From: Sphingopyxis sp. BSN-002
Lineage (GTDB): Bacteria > Pseudomonadota > Alphaproteobacteria > Sphingomonadales > Sphingomonadaceae
Length of the DNA: 31,901 bases
Direction of reading: 5' to 3'
NCBI RefSeq assembly: GCF_022024275.1
Contig: NZ_CP091804.1
Coordinates: 3,700,198-3,732,098, forward strand
Shown here: positions 26,368 through 31,901 of the stretch, one piece after another
Position numbering within the stretch: the stretch's first letter is position 1
Layout of the letters: each line of letters begins with the position of its first letter
The notes under the pieces: model-generated
What the model was told of the DNA's origin: nothing
What the model saw: only the letters and a program-made list of their open reading frames with translations
Databases searched by the model: none
Program-made: the position numbers and the translations under genes

Positions 26368-27087
26368 ATGTTCAATGGGCTGATAGCCTATCTGGATTCG
26401 ATCAAGGCGCGCGATCCCGCGCCGCGGTCGCGCTGGGAAATTCTTCTTTATCCGGGCCTTCTTGCGGTCGGCATGCACCGCGCCGCGCACTGGCTGTTCG
26501 AGGCCGAGCTGTTTTTCCTCGCGCGCTTCGTCAATCATTTCTCGCGCTGGATGACCGGCATCGACATCCATCCGGGCGCGAAGATCGGGCAACATCTCTT
26601 CATCGACCACGGCTTCGGCGTCGTTATCGGCGAGACGGCGGAGATCGGTGACAATGTCTCGATCTATCAGGGCGTCACGCTCGGTGGCACCGACCCCGCG
26701 AACGGCATCGGCGGCAAGCGCCATCCGACCTTGGCCGACGACGTGATCGTCGGTTCGGGTGCGCAGGTACTCGGCCCCGTCACCGTCAATGCCCGCGCGC
26801 GCGTCGGCGCCAATGCCGTCGTCACCAAGGATGTGCCCGAGGGTGCGGTGATGGTCGGCATCCCGGCGCGTTCGACCCTGCTCGATGCCAGCGAATATGC
26901 GCGCGAGTTCGTGCCCTATGGAACGCCGTGCAGCGAAACCTTCGATCCGGCGACGCAGAAGCTGGAAATCCTGCAATGCCAGCTCGAGCTGATGCAGAAG
27001 CAGCTCGCGACGTTGCTCGAAGAGCGTGATGCGCTCGCTGCGGAACTCGATGCGCCGCGGCGCAAGGGGAGCCGGAAAAGCGCCTGA
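26368..27087 (+). CDS. cysE: serine O-acetyltransferase
   Basis: 239 aa with hexapeptide-repeat core GIDIHPGAKIGQHLFIDHGFGVVIGETAEIGDNVSIYQGVTLGG...HPTLADDVIVGSGAQVLG. Confidence 0.9.
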   Translation: MFNGLIAYLDSIKARDPAPRSRWEILLYPGLLAVGMHRAAHWLFEAELFFLARFVNHFSRWMTGIDIHPGAKIGQHLFIDHGFGVVIGETAEIGDNVSIYQGVTLGGTDPANGIGGKRHPTLADDVIVGSGAQVLGPVTVNARARVGANAVVTKDVPEGAVMVGIPARSTLLDASEYAREFVPYGTPCSETFDPATQKLEILQCQLELMQKQLATLLEERDALAAELDAPRRKGSRKSA

Positions 27088-27434
27088 TGGGAACAGTCAC
27101 GCCGCTGCCATTCGCGAACAGGGCAACGCCGCAGCAGACCGGTTTCGATCGCGCTGAACTGACGCGCATTCTCGATCTCTACGGCCGCATGGTCGCCGCC
27201 GGTCACTGGCGCGATTATGCGATGGACTTCCATCGCGATGCGGCGATCTTCTCGGCCTTTCGCCGTGCCGCCGAGCGTCCCGAATATCGCATAGAAAAAC
27301 GCCCCGCCTTGCGGAGCCGGCAGGGCATGTGGGCCCTTGTCTCCGAAGCCGGGGCTATTCTCAAGCGCGGGGACGAGCTTTCTAACGTGCTCGCCCCCGT
27401 CGAGCGCAAGCTTATGAAGCTGGTTGGGGACTGA
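27087..27434 (+). CDS. DUF2794 domain protein
   Basis: 115 aa. FDRAELTRILDLYGRMVAAGHWRDYAMDF...AIFSAFRRAAERPEYRIEK matches my memory of this alphaproteobacterial family. The ATG shares one base with the cysE stop (TGATG). Confidence 0.65.
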   Translation: MGTVTPLPFANRATPQQTGFDRAELTRILDLYGRMVAAGHWRDYAMDFHRDAAIFSAFRRAAERPEYRIEKRPALRSRQGMWALVSEAGAILKRGDELSNVLAPVERKLMKLVGD

Positions 27435-28485
27435 TCGAACGGATCGTCGCCGGCAGCTGGTTTGCGAGGTTGTCGGGCAGGAAACCGACCACCGCCGCCC
27501 GGGCATTCTGCCAGAAGGCCGAGAGCAGCAGCAGCGCCGAGCCGATCACGAACGCCGTCAGCGCGACGTTGAGTTCGACCGCGCCAAACTCGCGGAACAG
27601 CTGGGTCATCGCGAACAGCACATAGGCGAGCGCCGAGACGAGCAAGGCGCGGCGGTCGATCGCCAGAGCGATCAGCCCGAAGCCGATATAGATGGCGACG
27701 ACGAGCAGCGCGGCGCCGCTGCCGATATTGTCGCCCTGCGTGACGCCGAGCAGGTGGAAGATCGGATGGACGATCATCGGCGCGGCGAGCAGGTGAAGCC
27801 AGAAGGCGACGTCGCTGCGGCGCGTCTGACGGATCCGGTCGCTGCGATCCCACCACATGGCGAGAGTGAAGACACCGAGGCCGGCAATGAGCACGAGGAT
27901 CATCGGCAGCGTCTGATCGGGGCTTTCGACGCCGACGGCCGCCAGCACCAGCGCAACCGCCGTCGCGGCAAGGGCCGCAGTTCCGGCCGCAACGGTGATC
28001 GGAACCATGAAGCGCTTCCAGTGGAACCAGGTCGCGGCTGCGGTGACGAGCGCGATGGCTCCGGCCACCGCCGTGACGGTCGATTCATTGGGATGGTTGC
28101 CGAAGATCGCTTCGCCATGCTTGAACAGGAAGCCGATCATCGTCGCGCAGACGCCCGCCGAAAAGGCGAGGACGAGGACGATGCTGGGGAGCGCCATGCG
28201 GCGCTTGCGGGTGAAATATTCGGCGAGGAACCAGGCCGAGCCTGCGACGAACGCGCCGGCAAGGGCAGGGTGGATCGACTCGCCGATCCAGCCGACCGCG
28301 ACGAGCAGGATTACCGCCGCGATGCTGACGAAAATATCGTTGAAGCCCGTGATGAGGCGGAAGGATTCTTCATCCGCCGCGGGCGCGGCGCGGACCGACG
28401 CGATATGCGACCGGAAAGCCGCGGCGGCCTCCGGCGTCAGTACCTTCGCATCGACCGCGGCTTGCAGGTCGGTTTCACTATACAT
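27412..28485 (-). CDS. polytopic inner-membrane protein of unknown function
   Basis: 357 aa with a soluble N-terminus of about 45 aa, then roughly 9-10 hydrophobic helices. AAAGGA lies 8 nt before the ATG. The 3' end overlaps the convergent DUF2794 gene by 23 nt. No family is confidently recognised. Confidence 0.7.
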   Translation of the reverse strand: MYSETDLQAAVDAKVLTPEAAAAFRSHIASVRAAPAADEESFRLITGFNDIFVSIAAVILLVAVGWIGESIHPALAGAFVAGSAWFLAEYFTRKRRMALPSIVLVLAFSAGVCATMIGFLFKHGEAIFGNHPNESTVTAVAGAIALVTAAATWFHWKRFMVPITVAAGTAALAATAVALVLAAVGVESPDQTLPMILVLIAGLGVFTLAMWWDRSDRIRQTRRSDVAFWLHLLAAPMIVHPIFHLLGVTQGDNIGSGAALLVVAIYIGFGLIALAIDRRALLVSALAYVLFAMTQLFREFGAVELNVALTAFVIGSALLLLSAFWQNARAAVVGFLPDNLANQLPATIRSISPQPAS

Positions 28486-28541
28486 CGGGGTCGTCCTTTA
28501 TGTGACCGATCCCCTTGCCCCGACGATGTTATGCCATTGGC

Positions 28542-28560
28542 GTATTGCTGTGTCAATACA
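28542..28560. promoter_or_regulatory. palindromic operator candidate GTATTGC-TGTGT-CAATACA (core GTATTG-N7-CAATAC), site 2
   Basis: It has the same half-sites and spacing as 22210..22228 and starts 57 nt upstream of the membrane-protein ATG (28485). On the minus strand it contains a perfect TTGACA, with CATAAC 17 nt downstream. Confidence 0.45.
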
Positions 28561-28562
28561 GT

Positions 28563-28598
28563 GATGCGCCGCCGCCCGATCGGGACGGCGGCGTCATC
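28563..28598 (-). terminator. long GC-rich hairpin (GATGCGCCGCCGCCC-GATC-GGGaCGGCGGCGtCATC) just after the SDR gene stop
   Basis: The stem was read directly, with about 15 pairs and two single-base bulges. There is no T tract on the minus strand, so it may act as a terminator or a transcript-stabilising hairpin. Confidence 0.45.
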
Positions 28599-28602
28599 AG
28601 GA

Positions 28603-29505
28603 TCAGCCGAGCGCCTGCAGCGCGCGCATCACGATCATCGACTGTTCGCTGCCCGACTGCGGAACGATCTCGCCATTGCGGTCGATGATCTTTTCCCAGG
28701 CCGCGGCGACGCCCTCGGGCGTGCGCTGGTCTTCGGGGAGTGCGACCCCCGGGGTCGCGGTGACGTAGGCCGCATGGAACGCGCCCGCGCCTGCGCCGAC
28801 GATCATGTTGGTCGGTGCGTCCTCGCTGACGAGATAGAGCGCGGCCGGAACGACATTCTCCGGCGTGAACTTCTCGAACAGTTCGGGCGGGAAGATGTCT
28901 TCGGTCATCCGCGTGCCCGCGACCGGCGCGATCGTGTTGCAGCGGATGTTGTACTTCGCGCCCTCAAGGTGCAGCGTCTTGGTCAGGCCTGCGAGGCCGA
29001 GCTTCGCCGCGCCGTAATTGGCCTGGCCGAAATTGCCGTAGAGACCGGTCGACGAGGCGGTCATCAGCAGGCGGCCATAGGCCTGCTCGCGCATGATGTC
29101 CCAGACCGCCTTGGTGACGTTGGCGCTGCCGCTGACATGAACCTTCAGCACGAGGTCGAAGTCGGCGGGTTCCATCTTCGCGAAGCTCTTGTCGCGCAGG
29201 ATGCCGGCGTTGTTGATGACGATGTGGACGCCGCCCCATTCTTCTTTCGCCTTGGCGACCATTTCGACCATCTGGTCATATTCGGTGACGCTGCCGCCGT
29301 TCGACATGGCGGTGCCGCCCGCGGCGCGGATTTCCTCGACGACCTGCAGTGCGGCATCCGAATGCCCGGTGCCGTCGCGTGCGCCGCCCAGATCGTTGAC
29401 GACGACCTTCGCGCCGCGGCGCGCGAGTTCGAGCGCATAGGCGCGGCCAAGGCCGCCGCCGGCCCCGGTAACAATAGCAACACGGCCGTCAAATTTGATC
29501 GTCAT
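28603..29505 (-). CDS. SDR-family oxidoreductase, MFE-2/3-hydroxyacyl-CoA dehydrogenase-like
   Basis: 300 aa with cofactor motif TGAGGGLG, NNAG and catalytic YGAAK. The overall N-terminus (FDGRVAIVTGAGGGLGRAYALELARRGAKVVVNDLGG) resembles the dehydrogenase domain of peroxisomal multifunctional enzyme 2. Confidence 0.88.
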   Translation of the reverse strand: MTIKFDGRVAIVTGAGGGLGRAYALELARRGAKVVVNDLGGARDGTGHSDAALQVVEEIRAAGGTAMSNGGSVTEYDQMVEMVAKAKEEWGGVHIVINNAGILRDKSFAKMEPADFDLVLKVHVSGSANVTKAVWDIMREQAYGRLLMTASSTGLYGNFGQANYGAAKLGLAGLTKTLHLEGAKYNIRCNTIAPVAGTRMTEDIFPPELFEKFTPENVVPAALYLVSEDAPTNMIVGAGAGAFHAAYVTATPGVALPEDQRTPEGVAAAWEKIIDRNGEIVPQSGSEQSMIVMRALQALG

Positions 29506-29622
29506 AGCGGACTCCTGAAATGGGCAATCCCGCAGAACAGGTTGCCCGATAAAACCGGATTGTCCTTAGCCGCTCGCGCCCCGCAGGCAAGCGGGGAATG
29601 AAAACGTAATCTGAAACAAAAA

Positions 29623-29661
29623 TGTCATGCGAATGACGTGTAATTGTCACGAATCCGTCAT
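29623..29661 (+). promoter_or_regulatory. Pho-box-like array: four hexamers phased at exactly 11 bp (TGTCAT, TGACGT, TGTCAC, CGTCAT)
   Basis: The repeats start at 29623, 29634, 29645 and 29656 and end 43 nt before the porin ATG. PhoB boxes are CTGTCAT-like direct repeats with 11-bp periodicity, and the downstream gene is an OprO/OprP-type porin. Confidence 0.55.
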
Positions 29662-29703
29662 AGCAGCCGCCAACGCCACCTTACGCAACGGAGCCGAATC
29701 CCC

Positions 29704-31077
29704 ATGCGCCAGAAATTGTCCGCTATCCTGCTCGCGACGACGATGCTCGCCTTGCCGTCGACCGCGCATGCACAGGCGATGAGCGCCGAGGAAGCGGCGG
29801 CGCTGCGGGCCGAGCTCGCCGCGCTGAAAGCCCAGGTCAACACGCTCGAGGCACGTCTCGATGCGGCGACGGGCCAGCCGGGCGCCGCGCCTGCGCCCGT
29901 CGCCACGCCGGCACCGGCGCCTGCGCCGTCGGTCACCGCGAAACCCGCGACCGAAATCGCGTGGAAGGGCGCCCCCGAACTCAAGACCGCCGACGGCTGG
30001 AGCTTCAAGCCCCGCGGCCGCATGCAGGTCGACCTTACGAGCATCGACACGCCTCCGGGCGTTACCGATACGCACGGCGGCGTCGGCACCGAATTCCGCC
30101 GCGTGTTCCTTGGCTTCGAAGGAAAGATCCCGGGCGGGTTCGGCTATCGCGCCGAGGCGGATATCGCAAACAGCGGCGTCGAGCTGACCGATGTCTACAT
30201 GACCTATGGGACCGGGCCGCTCACGATCACCGCGGGGCAGCACAAACCCTTCTGGTCGCTCGAGGAGCTGACCAGCGACCTCTTCACCAGCATGCTCGAG
30301 CGGGCGGCCTTCACCCAGGCGTTCGGTTTCGAGCGCCGCGTCGGCATGTCGGCGCAATATAAGGGCAAGGCCTTCCTGGTGCAGGGCGGCGTGTTCGGCG
30401 ACAATGCCAACGACCTGCTCAGCGACGCGGACAACAGCGTCAGCCTCGACGCGCGCGCGGTCTGGATGCCCAAGTTCGGCGATGCGCAGCTTCACCTCGG
30501 CGGTTCGGGGCATTGGCGCAACGTCAACGATGCGCCCGGCGGCGTCCGCTATTCGCCGCGACCGTTCGTTCATACGACGAACACGCGCATCCTCGACACC
30601 GGGGCGTTCAATGCGTCGAGCGAGCGCGGTCTCGGCCTCGAAGGCGCTGCGCTTGTCGGACCGTTCCACTTTGCGAGCGAAGGCTTCTGGCAGACCGCGC
30701 GCCGCCCCGGCTTTGCCGACCCGACCTTTTTCGGCGGTTATGCCGAGGTCGGCTATGTCCTGACGCGCGGCGATGCGCGTGCGTACAAGGATGGGGCGTT
30801 CGACCGTCTCGCGCCGTCGCGGCCAATCAATGCCGGCGGTCCCGGCGCGATCGAGATCAATGCGCGTTACGACTATCTGGATCTCAACGATGCCGGGATC
30901 ATCGGCGGCCGCCAGCGGACGCTCGGCGTGTCGCTCGTCTGGGCGCCGATCTCCTACGTCCGCATCACGGCCAACTATGGCCGCCTGATGTTCGATGATG
31001 CGGTGATTGCCGCCGTCAACGGCGACCGCGACTATTCGGCCGATGCCTTCGGCCTCCGGACCCAGCTCGATTTCTGA
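29704..31077 (+). CDS. phosphate-selective porin O/P family outer-membrane protein
   Basis: The start is re-picked to MRQKLSAILLATTMLALPSTAHA (signal peptide). It has an N-terminal coiled coil (EEAAALRAELAALKAQVNTLEARL), a Pro/Ala linker, and a beta-barrel body ending in an aromatic residue (QLDF). The family call is from memory of OprO/OprP-like proteins. Confidence 0.78.
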   Translation: MRQKLSAILLATTMLALPSTAHAQAMSAEEAAALRAELAALKAQVNTLEARLDAATGQPGAAPAPVATPAPAPAPSVTAKPATEIAWKGAPELKTADGWSFKPRGRMQVDLTSIDTPPGVTDTHGGVGTEFRRVFLGFEGKIPGGFGYRAEADIANSGVELTDVYMTYGTGPLTITAGQHKPFWSLEELTSDLFTSMLERAAFTQAFGFERRVGMSAQYKGKAFLVQGGVFGDNANDLLSDADNSVSLDARAVWMPKFGDAQLHLGGSGHWRNVNDAPGGVRYSPRPFVHTTNTRILDTGAFNASSERGLGLEGAALVGPFHFASEGFWQTARRPGFADPTFFGGYAEVGYVLTRGDARAYKDGAFDRLAPSRPINAGGPGAIEINARYDYLDLNDAGIIGGRQRTLGVSLVWAPISYVRITANYGRLMFDDAVIAAVNGDRDYSADAFGLRTQLDF

Positions 31078-31086
31078 TTCTGATCG

Positions 31087-31115
31087 AGGTCTGCTTTGGA
31101 GTGGAGAGCGGCCGT
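31087..31115 (+). repeat. short intergenic repeat family A, copy 2 (AGGTCTGCTTTGGAGTGGAGAGCGGCCGT)
   Basis: 25/29 identical to 10694..10722. It starts 10 nt after the porin stop. Confidence 0.7.
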
Positions 31116-31134
31116 TGCAGGAGCGAGCTGGTGT

Positions 31135-31250
31135 CCCCTCCCGCTTGCGGGAGGGGCAGTGAGGCTTGCCAGCTTGCTGGCTAGCCGCAGCGGGGTGGGT
31201 TGATCGCAACGTCGCTGCCCACCCCCGACCCCTCCCGCAAGCGGGAGGGG
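31135..31250. repeat. cluster of GC-rich palindromes (REP/BIME-like)
   Basis: Four elements were read directly. CCCCTCCCGC-TT-GCGGGAGGGG is at 31135..31156 and its mirror CCCCTCCCGC-AA-GCGGGAGGGG at 31229..31250. GCCAGC-TT-GCTGGC is at 31168..31181. GGGGTGGG...CCCACCCC is at 31192..31225. Confidence 0.75.
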
Positions 31251-31294
31251 AGAAGAGCGTCCGCAAACGGTCGGAAGCTGACGTTCTTCGGTCG

Positions 31295-31693
31295 TTACCG
31301 GAATATGTGCGCCAACGCACTGGGTGGCGCGTCTTGCGTCTTGCTGATCAAGCCAATCAGTGCGGGGATTAACTTAATCGCGGTCGATAAATCGATAAAT
31401 TGCCAAGTCGACGTGCCCACTTGAATTTCGAGCAGTTCCCAAGTGATCGACATCGGGAAAAGGCAGAGCGCCGCCCACCAGCGCGAAAAACCCGCATCGT
31501 GCAGCCGCCTCACCGTTGTCACCGTGTAAATTATCATAAGCAATGCAAGCAGTATGAGTGACGGCATGGATCCAAGCGCGCTCCCAAGCGCCCAAATACC
31601 TGCAACGGCACACCCGAGAATTATGAGCGCGATCCAGTAGTGCTCACGTGAAGTACGGCCCCAAGGCAATAACATATGGCTGGCGCGGATCAT
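31295..31693 (-). CDS. DUF805 domain inner-membrane protein
   Basis: 132 aa. GRTSREHYW near the N-terminus and VRRLHDAGFSRWW after two TM helices are the DUF805 signature motifs. The DNA is visibly A/T-richer than the surrounding genes. Confidence 0.75.
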   Translation of the reverse strand: MIRASHMLLPWGRTSREHYWIALIILGCAVAGIWALGSALGSMPSLILLALLMIIYTVTTVRRLHDAGFSRWWAALCLFPMSITWELLEIQVGTSTWQFIDLSTAIKLIPALIGLISKTQDAPPSALAHIFR

Positions 31694-31718
31694 GGGCGCT
31701 TCTTTAAGACAAATCTTC

Positions 31719-31738
31719 CATCGTCTGCAATCGGTCGA
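31719..31738 (+). repeat. repeat family B, copy 2 (CCATCGTCTGCAATCGGTCGA)
   Basis: 19/21 identical to 31880..31900. It contains the near-palindrome GCAATCG-GT-CGATTGC. Confidence 0.6.
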
Positions 31739-31778
31739 TTGCTGCTACGACATCCTGATTTGCGCTGACCGTCGAAAA

Positions 31779-31796
31779 TGGGGTGGCAAGCGGACG
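31779..31796 (+). repeat. repeat family A, partial copy 3 (TGGGGTGGCAAGCGGACG)
   Basis: 17/18 identical to the 3' part of copy 1. AAGCGGACGCT also occurs at 8128..8138. Confidence 0.6.
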
Positions 31797-31804
31797 CTTT
31801 CCAT

Positions 31805-31875
31805 GTGAACCCCGGCGAAAGCCGGGGCCCAGTCCGCTGGTGAAATCATGGGCCCCGGCTTTCGCCGGGGTGCAC
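31805..31875. repeat. 28-bp inverted-repeat pair (MITE/REP-like) with each arm containing a CCCCGGC-GAAA-GCCGGGG hairpin
   Basis: The left arm GTGAACCCCGGCGAAAGCCGGGGCCCAG (31805..31832) matches the reverse complement of the right arm (31848..31875) at 26/28 positions. The spacer is 15 nt. Confidence 0.75.
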
Positions 31876-31880
31876 ATCTC

Positions 31881-31901
31881 TATCGTCAGCAATCGGTCGA
31901 A
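31881..31901 (+). repeat. repeat family B, copy 3 (TATCGTCAGCAATCGGTCGAA), runs to the window edge
   Basis: It is a direct repeat of 31719..31738, 162 nt away. Together they bracket family A copy 3 and the 28-bp inverted-repeat pair. Confidence 0.6.

Noticed and set aside
27424-29601. 725-aa plus-strand ORF
   Set aside because: It is antisense to both the polytopic membrane protein and the SDR gene and even crosses their intergenic region. It has Arg/Asp/Gly-rich shadow composition.
29647-31320. 557-aa minus-strand ORF opposite the porin gene
   Set aside because: It is a shadow ORF. The porin frame has a signal peptide, a coiled coil and a beta-barrel C-terminus, while this frame has none of these and runs through the palindrome cluster.
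31704-31892. 62-aa minus-strand ORF, and the plus-strand ORFs 31166..31372 and 31200..31424
   Set aside because: They are composed of translated repeat or palindrome sequence (PAKAGAH, PSRKREG-type pseudo-peptides) with no RBS. Such ORFs are typical artefacts of REP-like elements.

Overview
The window looks like a G+C-rich alphaproteobacterial chromosome, probably a sphingomonad. That guess rests on gene order (lon-hupB-tRNA-Val, ffs-dnaX-ybaB, eno...ftsB-pdhA-pdhB with a lipoyl-bearing E1 beta) and is an inference, not a search result. Most of it is densely packed core housekeeping DNA. About 38 CDS are supported, plus one tRNA-Val(CAC) and one SRP (4.5S) RNA. I saw no rRNA, CRISPR array, IS element, transposase, integrase or recognisable defence genes. 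Product calls come from motifs I can read in the supplied translations and from remembered family signatures; no database was searched. Many long ORFs in the track are antisense shadow ORFs typical of high-GC DNA and are rejected. Several real genes are shorter than their track ORFs, and I re-picked starts from RBS, signal-peptide and overlap evidence.

I cannot point to a clear new multi-gene system. The items most worth a second look are:
- An A/T-rich palindrome, GTATTG-N7-CAATAC, occurs twice. Each copy lies 57-59 nt upstream of a minus-strand gene (an S9 peptidase and a polytopic membrane protein), suggesting an uncharacterised regulon.
- A tightly overlapping four-gene cluster of tail-anchored/holin-family proteins resembles yqjD-yqjE-yqjK. 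Its first member carries a histone-H1-like Lys/Ala/Pro tail.
- Three visibly A/T-richer patches hold orphan genes or a structured intergenic region, and short conserved repeat families and GC-rich palindromes lie next to them.
- A lipoprotein class A beta-lactamase appears translationally coupled to a cysteine desulfurase-ferredoxin pair.
- A four-repeat, 11-bp-phased Pho-box-like array sits upstream of an OprO/OprP-type porin.
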